From assembly GCA_951812955.1 (NCBI GenBank), contig OX638340.1, forward strand, positions 2,528,001-2,592,000: a stretch of 64,000 nt of DNA, given 5' to 3'. A program made the translations under genes and the position numbers. Source of the stretch: an uncultured Gemmatimonadota bacterium (lineage in GTDB: Bacteria > JAAXHH01). Numbering within the stretch: the first letter of the stretch is position 1; each line of letters starts with the position of its first letter. The notes under the pieces are model-generated. The model did not search any database. It had not been told where the DNA came from and saw only the letters and a program-made list of their open reading frames with translations. Shown piece by piece: positions 55,338 through 64,000 of the stretch.

Positions 55338-55739
55338 ATGGCGGGCGAATTTCCTTTAGTCATCGTTACGCCTTCCTGCATGGCCTATGAAGGCGAAGTG
55401 CGCAACGTGCTGGCGCCGGGCACCGATGGATACTTCGAGGTGCTGATCGGCCATGTGCCCATGCTCACCTCACTGCGGCCCGGAATCCTCTCCATCCGGA
55501 ACGAAGACGGCCGTACCAGGTACGCCGTGTCCGGCGGATTCGTCGAAGTGCTGCGGTCCCAGGTTACCATCCTGGCCGAAACCATCGAAGCGGAAGGCGA
55601 CATCGACGTGGAGCGTGCGCAACGGGCCGAGAAACGGGCGCGCCAGCGCCTGGAATCGGATGAAGACGGCGTCGACGTCGAACGGGCCATGTCCTCGCTG
55701 GACCGGGCGCTCAACCGCATCAAGGCGAGCCAGCAGTAG
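55338..55739 (+). CDS. atpC: F0F1 ATP synthase subunit epsilon
   Basis: Epsilon beta-sandwich plus C-terminal helical hairpin. Operon position. Confidence 0.85.
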   Translation: MAGEFPLVIVTPSCMAYEGEVRNVLAPGTDGYFEVLIGHVPMLTSLRPGILSIRNEDGRTRYAVSGGFVEVLRSQVTILAETIEAEGDIDVERAQRAEKRARQRLESDEDGVDVERAMSSLDRALNRIKASQQ

Positions 55740-55745
55740 GACTCT

Positions 55746-55850
55746 CTGCGGCGAGTCCCTCTGCCGCGAGCTCCTATTCGGCGTGTCCCACTGTCGTGAG
55801 TCCCACTGCGGCGAGTCCCTCTACTGCGGGTTCCTCTGTCTCGAGTCCCT
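55746..55850. repeat. degenerate 15-bp tandem repeat (~7 copies, consensus ctgcggcgagtccct) immediately after atpC
   Basis: Seven consecutive 15-mers from 55746, two of them identical (55746-55760 and 55806-55820). Lies between the atpC stop and the methyltransferase start. Confidence 0.8.
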
Positions 55851-55874
55851 TCGCTGCACCAGGCTTAACTTCTC

Positions 55875-56870
55875 ATGAATCCCAAAGGCAGCGGTGTCGA
55901 ACTTGACCTGATTCCAGTCGCATGCGCAATGTGCGGAAGCGCGGAGACCGAACCGCGTCCTGTGTTCGAGGGATACGACTACGAGTACCGGTCCTGCGAA
56001 AACAGGTTCAGGTTCGTCGCGTGCTCGGATTGCGGACACGTGTATCTGTCGCCGAGGGTTCGGCTGGAGGACATCGATCGCATCTATCCGAGCAACTACA
56101 CGCTTCGCATCACGGAAACCGAGTACCCCACCTTTGCTCCGTTCAGGTGGCTGAAGCTTAACATACTCGACCGGGGATGGAACAGGAAAGTGATCTCGAA
56201 TCTCCGGCCCGGTGCCCGGGTGCTCGATATCGGCGCGGGATTCGGAGGGAATCTGACCTTCCTGGCAGAACTGGCGCCTTTTCCGCTCAAACTCTTCGCC
56301 AATGACTTGAAATTCGAGCCTGAAGCCCGGTCATACCTTTCCGATCGCGGCGTAACCCTAATCGAAGGCCCTGTCGAAGACGTCGCATGCGGAGAACGGT
56401 TCGATGCCATCATCTGCCAACAGGTTATCGAACACGTACCCGATCCCGGACGGATGATCCAATGGATTTCGGATCATCTCGCGCCGGGAGGCGTCGTATA
56501 TCTCGAAACGCCCGATCTGAGCGGGCTTTCCCGTTACTTCTTCAAGAACCACTGGCTTGCCTTAAGTATCCCTCGACACTTCCATATGTTCTCTCGAAAG
56601 GCGTTTGCGGCCTGCGTCGGTAAAGTCGACCTGGAGATCGAGTTCCACGGTGCCATCGTCGAAGCGAGTCATTGGCCTGCAAGCCTCCGGATCAAACTGG
56701 GCATGGATCCGCACGCACCCCGCTCGGCCGGTTTCATGTACAGCCTGATCAGCTACGAAAACTTTCTTATCAAGTCGATTAGCTGCATGATCGATCTGTC
56801 GGCCATCCTGCTGGGAATGTCCACGGTGAGCCAGGCGTTGATTGCGCGGAAACCGGACGCTTCAGCTTAA
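55875..56870 (+). CDS. class I SAM-dependent methyltransferase with N-terminal Cys4 zinc-ribbon
   Basis: CAMCGS...CSDCGH zinc ribbon. Motif I VLDIGAGFGGNL. Typical of MTases in glycan clusters. Confidence 0.7.
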   Translation: MNPKGSGVELDLIPVACAMCGSAETEPRPVFEGYDYEYRSCENRFRFVACSDCGHVYLSPRVRLEDIDRIYPSNYTLRITETEYPTFAPFRWLKLNILDRGWNRKVISNLRPGARVLDIGAGFGGNLTFLAELAPFPLKLFANDLKFEPEARSYLSDRGVTLIEGPVEDVACGERFDAIICQQVIEHVPDPGRMIQWISDHLAPGGVVYLETPDLSGLSRYFFKNHWLALSIPRHFHMFSRKAFAACVGKVDLEIEFHGAIVEASHWPASLRIKLGMDPHAPRSAGFMYSLISYENFLIKSISCMIDLSAILLGMSTVSQALIARKPDASA

Positions 56871-56926
56871 TTTCTACTACGGCCGACGATCGCGAATGAC
56901 TGTATGAATCGATAGGCCGGATTGGC

Positions 56927-57712
56927 CTATCGGTCCTTCCGCAGGAATCCAAGTTCTTGCACCGCCCGCCGAAACCCGTCCTTCAAGACCGGCTCATCGC
57001 CGCCAACGAGAAGCAGACGCACACCTTCTTCTATCTGGCGGCGAACGTTCTCCTCGTCATCTGGTGAGCCGAGCAGGGGGTGTCCCACGGGCTTTCCCGT
57101 TCGCTGGCCGGCTTCCCGCACGCGGCGGAGCGCGTCGAGGTACTTTGGATGGTCGAACCGGAATGGAACTCCGAGGGAAATACACAGGTCCACCGGACCC
57201 ACGATACAGCCATCCACCCCCTCCACGGCCATGATGTCGTCGATGCGCTCGACGGCTTCGGCCGACTCGATTATCGGGAGATAGACCACGACGTCATCGA
57301 TCCCGGCGGTGTATTCCTCTTCAAACAACCCGTATCCCGCGGCTCGGTGCGGTCCCCACCCCCGCGTGCCCCGCGGAGGATAGCGGCAGGCGTCCGCCCC
57401 CAGCTTCGCCTCTTCCGGGGTGTTCACGAAGGGGACGACAATTCCCACTGCGCCCATGTCGAGGTATAATTTGATCAGGTCGGGATCGGTACGGGTAATC
57501 CGAACTATCGGCGCGGCTGGCGTACAGCCCGCCGCCTGGATCTGGGCCTGCACGGTAACCGGCGTTTGCGGCGCGTGCTCCGTGTCGATCAGGATCCAGT
57601 CGAAACCGGCCAGTCCGGCCAGTTCCGCGATGGCGGGGGATCCGAATCGAAGCTGTATGCCGAAGGCGGGCTTGCCTTCGGCCATCAGGTTCTTGAGGTG
57701 GCTGTGAATCAT
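56927..57712 (-). CDS. HpcH/HpaI family aldolase (class II, divalent-metal dependent)
   Basis: GFDWILIDTEHAP, GIVVPFVNTPEEA, IESAEAV, DGCIVGPVDL blocks, as in HpcH/HpaI/citrate-lyase beta family. Confidence 0.75.
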   Translation of the reverse strand: MIHSHLKNLMAEGKPAFGIQLRFGSPAIAELAGLAGFDWILIDTEHAPQTPVTVQAQIQAAGCTPAAPIVRITRTDPDLIKLYLDMGAVGIVVPFVNTPEEAKLGADACRYPPRGTRGWGPHRAAGYGLFEEEYTAGIDDVVVYLPIIESAEAVERIDDIMAVEGVDGCIVGPVDLCISLGVPFRFDHPKYLDALRRVREAGQRTGKPVGHPLLGSPDDEENVRRQIEEGVRLLLVGGDEPVLKDGFRRAVQELGFLRKDR

Positions 57713-57725
57713 GGATCGTCTGCGG

Positions 57726-58520
57726 TCATGTCCTGGTCACGTCCTGGTAGAATCCCAGCTCGAAGAGGCGGTCGAGCCATCGCTGCCGTTTTGGCCTGCC
57801 ATCGGGATTGGCAAGCCAGTACGGATCGACCAGGGGATCGCCGGGTCGGTTGTACTTGGCTGTGGCCTTGCCGTTGTTCGCCCCCTGCTCGCGCGTGGTC
57901 TCGACTTCCTCCGGCGTCCTCGGATTGTTGTAGTACACGCAAGTGCACATGCGCCGGTCGCTGGATCCTCCGTAACTCGCATGCCACAACCGGAGGTCGA
58001 ATCCCACTACGTCGCCCGGTTCCGATACGCAGACATGTGACGGCACTTCCGCGACGGACAGGCCCAGACCGGGCATCACCTTTCTCAGTTCGCCATGGTA
58101 AGGATTTTGGTGCGAACCCGGGATGACGCGCAGCGCGCCGGTCTCCGGTCCCACGGGTTGGAGGTAGAAGGCGAACTTGATGCCGTACTGGTGGATACTG
58201 TGTGTATCCGGATGCCATCCCGTGTTGCCGACGTAACGGTTGGCGTCGGTCGCGATCCCCAGCGCATCTTCGCCGTAGAGCTGTTCGGCGACACCACATA
58301 ACCGGGGATCTTCCATGAGACTCGCGAAGAAGGGCGTGGATTTCCCCATCATCGTGACCCAGTGCCGGACCGAGCCGTCGAAAGGCAGGTGACGGTAAGC
58401 CATTTCCAGCCCGTGGTCGAACTCCCCGTTGATCTGGTCCAGTTCGTCCGGCGTGAAGACCTGGCGCAAGACGACAAAACCAAATGTCTTATAGTGTTGA
58501 TATTGTTGTTCGGTCAACAT
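57726..58520 (-). CDS. phytanoyl-CoA dioxygenase (PhyH) family Fe(II)/2-oxoglutarate oxygenase
   Basis: HxD in GWHPDTHS, distal His in LRLWHAS. PhyH-like N-terminus YKTFGFVVL. Confidence 0.7.
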   Translation of the reverse strand: MLTEQQYQHYKTFGFVVLRQVFTPDELDQINGEFDHGLEMAYRHLPFDGSVRHWVTMMGKSTPFFASLMEDPRLCGVAEQLYGEDALGIATDANRYVGNTGWHPDTHSIHQYGIKFAFYLQPVGPETGALRVIPGSHQNPYHGELRKVMPGLGLSVAEVPSHVCVSEPGDVVGFDLRLWHASYGGSSDRRMCTCVYYNNPRTPEEVETTREQGANNGKATAKYNRPGDPLVDPYWLANPDGRPKRQRWLDRLFELGFYQDVTRT

Positions 58521-58554
58521 GCCGGGCTCCCCTCCATCTCCAGGTTGAAGCGTG

Positions 58555-59271
58555 TCATATGCGGCGCAGCAGGCGCTGCAGGCGCAGCCACCAGACGATC
58601 CATACCGCCTCGTTGATCACGCCCTGGGAGAGTTTCGATGTGCCTGATCGCCGGTCTACGAAGATAATGGGGATTTCACGCAGGCGATATCCCTTTCGCC
58701 AGCACCGGAAATTCATCTCGATCTGGAAGGCGTATCCGTCGGACCGGACTTCATCCAGCTCGATGTGTTCCAATACTTCGCGGCGGAAGCACTTGTATCC
58801 GCTGGTGGTGTCCCGGATCGTCATCCCCGTGACCAGTCGAGTGTAAATGTTGGCGAAGTAGCTGAGCAGTAACCGGGACATGGGCCAGTTTACCACGTTG
58901 ATGCCGCTGATGTACCGGGATCCGATCACCACGTCGCAGGACGCGATCTCTTCGATGAACCGCGGAACCATGGCGGGATCGTGGGAAAAGTCCGCGTCCA
59001 TCTCGAATACGCAGTCCACGTCCTGTTGGATAGCGTACCTGAAACCCGCAACGTAAGCCGATCCGAGTCCGAGTTTGCCGGGTCGATGCAGGACGCTGAT
59101 CCGTTCATTCTCCGCGGCAAGTTCATCGGCCAGTTTCCCCGTCCCGTCCGGCGAGTTGTCATCCACCACGAGCACGCGGATATCCGGACTCAATGCCATT
59201 AACTCGGGCAAAAGCCGGCGGATGTTCTCGAGCTCGTTGTAGGTGGGGACGATGATCAGGGTTTTCATCAT
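58555..59271 (-). CDS. polyprenol-phosphate glycosyltransferase, GT2 (DPM1/GtrB/CsbB-like)
   Basis: IIVPTYNE, VVDDNSPDGT, DADFSHDP, SGYKCFRREVL blocks. C-terminal membrane segment. Confidence 0.85.
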   Translation of the reverse strand: MMKTLIIVPTYNELENIRRLLPELMALSPDIRVLVVDDNSPDGTGKLADELAAENERISVLHRPGKLGLGSAYVAGFRYAIQQDVDCVFEMDADFSHDPAMVPRFIEEIASCDVVIGSRYISGINVVNWPMSRLLLSYFANIYTRLVTGMTIRDTTSGYKCFRREVLEHIELDEVRSDGYAFQIEMNFRCWRKGYRLREIPIIFVDRRSGTSKLSQGVINEAVWIVWWLRLQRLLRRI

Positions 59272-59286
59272 TTTACGGTTCCGGTG

Positions 59287-61746
59287 TCAGGCCCGGGCCT
59301 TCAGGCGTTTTCTGATGTGCATCGCACCCGCTGAAATCAACCCGGCGAGGATCAGTGCGCTGGCGATCCGGCTTATCAGGAGGCCCGTGGCGAAGGAAGC
59401 GGGGGCGAAAGTCATCACCACGTCATGACGGCCTTCGGGTACGGCCACGGAGCGAAGGACGTAGTTGGTCTTGTGTATTTCCGCCGGCTGGCCGTCAATC
59501 TCGGCGCTCCATCCTGCCGGATAATAGATCTCGCTGAGCACCAGCAAACAAGATGAGGCCGCATCCACTGCCATCTCGATACGGTGCGGTGAGTGCAGGG
59601 TGATCTCCACGGACGAGTCGCCCGCCGGACCGAGCCGTTCCTGGAGAGGTTCTTCCACGATTGCGTATTTGCCGGGATTGAACCCCGGGTCGCTCAGCGC
59701 TTCGAAGATGGCGTCCTTCCCGGCAATGACGCGCACACTGTCCACCAGGAAGGCCCGCGGCAGCGCGTCGTCGTTCCGATACAGGTATCCACCGTCGGTT
59801 TCGGCCACGGGTGCGAGCGCGGCTTCAGGGAGCGGCTGTCGAGACACCAGGTAACGGGTATTCAGCATGTTCAGAACCGGAAAGGAACTGAGTCCCACCT
59901 GGTCCATGAGTTCCTGGTAGATGCCCAACTTGGCGGCGTGGTAGCCGCCAATACTGGATATCCCGAAGTATCCGTATTCATTCGAAGAGAACTCGGAGAG
60001 CGGCAGGATGCGGTACAGGCTTGTGTCGTCTTCCAGGGCTTTCACAATTTCGTTGTCTCGGGCGGTGTAATAGGCTTCGATCCGCGCGGGATCATCTTGG
60101 GGGTTCACGATCCGCGAGGCCACGAGCGATAGATCGATGGAGACGAGTATGCATACGCCCGCGGCAAACAGTGACGGGCTCATCTTTCGGGTGGCGAAAA
60201 GCAGCGCCGCAGCCGCGCAGAGGAACAATGCCATGGTCCACAGATCGCCCATGAACAGGTCGAATCGCATGGCGTTGAGCCTGGCATGGTAGTCCACGTT
60301 GTCCAGGAGGGCCGCGCGCGAACCATGGGCCGCATCCGCCTGCGAATAGACGCCCGTCATGAAGGACTGGAAGGAGGACTCGAATACGGTCAGTACCAGG
60401 ACCAGCAGGAGGACTCCGCCGGCTACGCAGCACAGTTTTTTCGCGAAGCTCCCCAGGCTGTCCCGGCCGGCACGTATCCGTTCGATCACCGCGTGCACGC
60501 CGTATCCCGCCAGCAGGGCTGCCGCGAACTGCAGGATCACCAGGATCATGACCGGCGCGCGGAACTTGCCGAAGAAGGGGACGAAGTGGAGCATGACGTA
60601 GGACAGGGGAGGCAGGTGCCGTCCGAAGGAGACCAGAAGGGCCAGCACGGCCGCCAGGACGAGAAACAGGGTCATGCGCGAACTTCGCAGCAAGAAGCCC
60701 GCCAGGGCCAGGACAACGACGACGACGCCCAGGTAGTTCGGGAAATCCGTGAAGGGCATTTCTCCCCAGTAGAAGAGACCGCCGAACCCGGCGAAGGAAG
60801 GGATGATGAAGGTCAGTACTTCGATGGGAGGGAACGACCAGCTCGTGGCGAAGGGGACGTTGACGCCGCTACCGCCGACTGAGAGGCCCCGAGCGGAATA
60901 CTGCGCGTATTCCTGCATGGGAAAGACCAGCACCGCCGCGACGGCGACGGCCAGGACGATACCGCCCACAAAGAGACCGGATTTTCGCAGTATCTCGCGT
61001 GCAGGAGTCCTGTCCCTCCATTCATTGATTACGGCGTATGCGGCGTACAGGCCGATCAGCATGGCCGTGTAGAAGGCGATCTGGGGATGAAAGGAACACA
61101 ACTGCGAGCCGAACGCGCCTCCGAGCAATACCATGTCGAACACCCCGCCGCGATCAAATACGCGGTAGGCTGCCAGGAAGACGAGGGGGACATGCATGAA
61201 GCAGATGAACCGGTTCGCGTGTTCCGTGGCCATCATGTGGGTGGAAAACACGAAGGCCGCCGCCGCGACGAAAGACGCGGGCCTGGAGAGCGACAAGGTT
61301 CGCGCCAGAAGAAACATGGAAACCGCGCCGAGGAGCAGGTGGAAGAAGAAACGGCCGTGCAGCGCGCTGACGAGCCGGTCCGGCAGGACGGCATTGACCA
61401 GGGCTTCGTAGCTGTATTGTAGATGGTGGTACGTGCCGCTGGCCTGGAAGGGCATGCCGCCGAAGATGTGGGGGTACCAGAGGGGCGTTTCGCCGGATCC
61501 GCTTTTAAAGTCCTGCGCGAAGCGGTCGAAGGGAATGGCCTGGCCAATGAAATCGGGCCTGATGTCCATCTTCCCGTCGATGATATAGCCGCGGTACACG
61601 AATACGGCCAGCACCGCGATGATCAGGCAGAACAGGGCGTCCTGGACCAACGGATGCAGGCTTCGGTCCGCGCGCTCCCGACGGCTATCGTCCCGTCCGC
61701 GGATTCGGCGCTGTTCAGATCGTGGTGGGTTTCGCTGCTTCGCCAT
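59287..61746 (-). CDS. YfhO-like polytopic membrane glycosyltransferase (GT-C fold candidate)
   Basis: ~819 aa. More than 12 N-terminal TM helices followed by a large C-terminal extracytoplasmic domain. YfhO-like architecture. Adjacent to the GT2 polyprenol-P glycosyltransferase. Confidence 0.6.
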   Translation of the reverse strand: MAKQRNPPRSEQRRIRGRDDSRRERADRSLHPLVQDALFCLIIAVLAVFVYRGYIIDGKMDIRPDFIGQAIPFDRFAQDFKSGSGETPLWYPHIFGGMPFQASGTYHHLQYSYEALVNAVLPDRLVSALHGRFFFHLLLGAVSMFLLARTLSLSRPASFVAAAAFVFSTHMMATEHANRFICFMHVPLVFLAAYRVFDRGGVFDMVLLGGAFGSQLCSFHPQIAFYTAMLIGLYAAYAVINEWRDRTPAREILRKSGLFVGGIVLAVAVAAVLVFPMQEYAQYSARGLSVGGSGVNVPFATSWSFPPIEVLTFIIPSFAGFGGLFYWGEMPFTDFPNYLGVVVVVLALAGFLLRSSRMTLFLVLAAVLALLVSFGRHLPPLSYVMLHFVPFFGKFRAPVMILVILQFAAALLAGYGVHAVIERIRAGRDSLGSFAKKLCCVAGGVLLLVLVLTVFESSFQSFMTGVYSQADAAHGSRAALLDNVDYHARLNAMRFDLFMGDLWTMALFLCAAAALLFATRKMSPSLFAAGVCILVSIDLSLVASRIVNPQDDPARIEAYYTARDNEIVKALEDDTSLYRILPLSEFSSNEYGYFGISSIGGYHAAKLGIYQELMDQVGLSSFPVLNMLNTRYLVSRQPLPEAALAPVAETDGGYLYRNDDALPRAFLVDSVRVIAGKDAIFEALSDPGFNPGKYAIVEEPLQERLGPAGDSSVEITLHSPHRIEMAVDAASSCLLVLSEIYYPAGWSAEIDGQPAEIHKTNYVLRSVAVPEGRHDVVMTFAPASFATGLLISRIASALILAGLISAGAMHIRKRLKARA

Positions 61747-61878
61747 GAATATCCTTTAGCGGACTGTTTCTGCGCTTCGCAATGAATACCCTATAACGGC
61801 CTGTTGCTGCGATATGAATGGCGGGAACATCCGATTAAATCAATCGATTAAAGCAAACGGTAAATTCTGCTGGTTAAA

Positions 61879-62802
61879 TCAACGAGTATTCGAGGTGATC
61901 GGGGTAGCGAAGCCTTCCCAAATCCCTCGATGGAGCGCGCCCAGGTGGCCCCACCTGCGACGGATGACCAAGATAGCCGCCGACCGAAGATAACGATACA
62001 GAAAAAGGTAAGGCAGGAACGCGAACAGAAACTGCGGAAGCGGCACGTGTTTTCTCGCAAACAGAATCCTGCTGCGTATCATGTGACGCATATAGAATGG
62101 ACTGTTGAAACCGGCCGTCCGTGACCCCTTGTGGTGGACAACGGCCTTTGGCTCCAAAAGCAATCTATATCCGGCTTCCCGCACCTTCATTCCCCAGTCG
62201 AAGTCGTCGAAATAGCAAAAATAATCTTCGTCCATCAGTCCGACCTTCTCCAGGACAGCGCGCTTGACGAGGAGTGCAGTTCCCGTGATGTACGGCATCT
62301 CGGTCGAGGAATCGAACTGCCCCCTGTCCTCTTCCCCGTGACCCAGAAGAAACCCCTGCGCCAGCCACGGGATGGTGCGTGTACCTGCCGAGTCGAGCAC
62401 GCGTTCCTCTCCATACTTGTAGATCTTCGGTCCGGCCATGCCTATATCGCTGGAGCGTTCCGCCGCTCGAACAAGGTTGGCCAATACGTCTGGCTCCACG
62501 ACGGTGTCGTTGTTCAGCAGGAACACGTAATCGGCGTCTTTTGAAAGGGCATGGCGCATGCCCTGGTTGCTACCACGGACGAATCCCCTGTTTTCGGCGT
62601 TACGAATCAGCGTCAAAGGGAGGTTTTCACGCCCCCACCGCTCGATGGCATCAGGCGAGCCGTCTGTCGATCCATTGTCCACAACAATGACCGAAAAGGA
62701 CGGGTAGTCTATACGCGCCAGTGATTCGAGGCACTCCAGCGTATCCGCTTCCCGGTTCCAGTTGAGTATGACGATGGCGACGTGGGGAAGTGATAGACTC
62801 AT
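61879..62802 (-). CDS. GT2 family glycosyltransferase
   Basis: VAIVILNWNREADTLECLESL, VVDNGSTDGS, NRGFVRGSNQG, DxD-like region. Confidence 0.8.
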   Translation of the reverse strand: MSLSLPHVAIVILNWNREADTLECLESLARIDYPSFSVIVVDNGSTDGSPDAIERWGRENLPLTLIRNAENRGFVRGSNQGMRHALSKDADYVFLLNNDTVVEPDVLANLVRAAERSSDIGMAGPKIYKYGEERVLDSAGTRTIPWLAQGFLLGHGEEDRGQFDSSTEMPYITGTALLVKRAVLEKVGLMDEDYFCYFDDFDWGMKVREAGYRLLLEPKAVVHHKGSRTAGFNSPFYMRHMIRSRILFARKHVPLPQFLFAFLPYLFLYRYLRSAAILVIRRRWGHLGALHRGIWEGFATPITSNTR

Positions 62803-62811
62803 AATCCAGGT

Positions 62812-64000
62812 TCAATCCGATGATTGGTGCGGAATGCCCAACTTCCTAATCCAGCCGCGAACGTATTCCTTCTCCGGCTGATCCAGCAACCGGAACGCGT
62901 ACCAGAGGTAGAGCGCCATACCCAGAATCACCAGGGCGACGCTGACCTCGATCCGATCGAAGGTCCACCTGGCCGCGCCGAAGGAGGCTGCTGAAAGGAC
63001 GATCAGGAGAATGTAGGGTTTCCAGGGGAAAAGCCGTCCTACGGTCGTGTCGAGCAGCCGGGCGTACCGGCCCAGATAGTAGATCCATCCGGCGGCGGTT
63101 CCGCACAGGGTGGCGAGTGCCGCGCCCCAGAGGCCGAAGGCCTTGATGAAGACCAGGTTGCCCGCGACGTTGACGATCAGCATGGCGGTCGCTGCCTGGA
63201 CGATGATCGCGTTGCGGTTCAGGGCCCTCGCGAGGACGTCCGGACTGTTGAAGCGGAGCAGGAGGAGCAGCGCGTAGATGCCCAGGACCCGGTGGCCCTC
63301 GAAGTAGGCGTCGGGCAGGATGATGCGGTACAGCACGTCGGAGAAGAGAAAGACGAAGATCCCCGCCGGTATGATGGCGATCATGCCGCAGGTCGAGCAC
63401 TTGTGCCACAGGGCCGCCATGGACGGATGGTCGCCGCCTTCGGCGTACCCCACGTAGGTGGAAAAGAGCACCGACCCGAACACGCTCATCAGGATGCCGG
63501 CGATGGGCAGTTCGATGGCCGATACGCTGTAGATCGCGAAGCTGGATGCGCCCAGGAAGGCGCTGATCATGATCTTGTCCAGGCTCCCGTTGACGAACGG
63601 AATGAACCCGGCGATACCCAGTCCCAGGGCGTAACGGTACTGGCCCTTGTTGTCGATACTCCGCACCCGGAAGGACAGCAGCTTCCTGTTGAGCAGGACG
63701 AGTCCGTAGAGTAGGGACTGAAAGGCCTCCAGGAGCACGATCAGGACGATGAGTTCGAAAACGGCCGTAATCAGCCCCGAAAACAGCGCGCCGGCGATGG
63801 CCGCGATGCGCAGCAGGTACTGAAACACGCGAAGACCGCTGGCCGCGGCGGTGTGTTCAGTCCCCACCAGGGCGTTGTGTGCGGCCATGTTTACGAATAA
63901 AAACAGGGCGATCAGGAGATAGGCGCCGATCTCCCGTAGATAGGGTCCCAGTTCCGTGTGAACGAGCAGGTAGGGCTTGATGAGAAGATGGAACAGCAGG
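62812..64000 (-). CDS. Wzx/PST-family polysaccharide flippase, 5'-partial (N-terminus beyond window end)
   Basis: The minus-strand frame has no stop between the ATG at 63888 and position 64000. Multi-TM protein with PST-family character. Confidence 0.65.
   Translation of the reverse strand, partial: LLFHLLIKPYLLVHTELGPYLREIGAYLLIALFLFVNMAAHNALVGTEHTAAASGLRVFQYLLRIAAIAGALFSGLITAVFELIVLIVLLEAFQSLLYGLVLLNRKLLSFRVRSIDNKGQYRYALGLGIAGFIPFVNGSLDKIMISAFLGASSFAIYSVSAIELPIAGILMSVFGSVLFSTYVGYAEGGDHPSMAALWHKCSTCGMIAIIPAGIFVFLFSDVLYRIILPDAYFEGHRVLGIYALLLLLRFNSPDVLARALNRNAIIVQAATAMLIVNVAGNLVFIKAFGLWGAALATLCGTAAGWIYYLGRYARLLDTTVGRLFPWKPYILLIVLSAASFGAARWTFDRIEVSVALVILGMALYLWYAFRLLDQPEKEYVRGWIRKLGIPHQSSD

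Noticed and set aside
63889-64000. ATG at 63886-63888 reported as the start of the flippase ORF
   Set aside because: The minus-strand frame remains open to the window end and the upstream translation is hydrophobic TM-like. The gene is 5'-truncated by the window boundary rather than starting here.

Overview
This is a high-GC (~62%) bacterial chromosomal window. It holds a 5'-partial lipA, a complete rRNA operon (16S, tRNA-Ile, tRNA-Ala, 23S, 5S) and a long run of housekeeping genes. These include an EF-G paralog, oppD/F-like ATPases, a PfkB kinase, an ATP-grasp protein, folC, trxB, cysE, yebC-ruvCAB, queA, ispDF, parAB, an M23 peptidase, bactofilin, a complete F1Fo ATP synthase operon and a glycan-biosynthesis cluster.

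The most unusual part is 6.1-23.6 kb. Two paralogous copies of a MacB-type ABC exporter (a LolD/MacB-like ATPase plus a ~810-aa double-FtsX permease) are each linked to a periplasmic flavinylation pair (an ApbE flavin transferase with a Tat signal, plus a membrane-anchored FMN_bind-domain protein) and to small TonB-C-domain (lipo)proteins.

The second copy sits on a ~9-kb low-GC island (~47-50% GC). The island carries an IS256-family transposase remnant and two further unusual membrane proteins. The first copy is decaying: its FMN_bind gene is fused in frame to the C-terminal half of apbE and also carries a frameshift. The two ATPase genes are nonetheless ~92% identical at the nucleotide level, which points to gene conversion.

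Several conserved enzymes carry in-frame short tandem repeats that encode low-complexity insertions. There are also three non-coding tandem or direct repeats. No CRISPR array or recognisable defence system was found.
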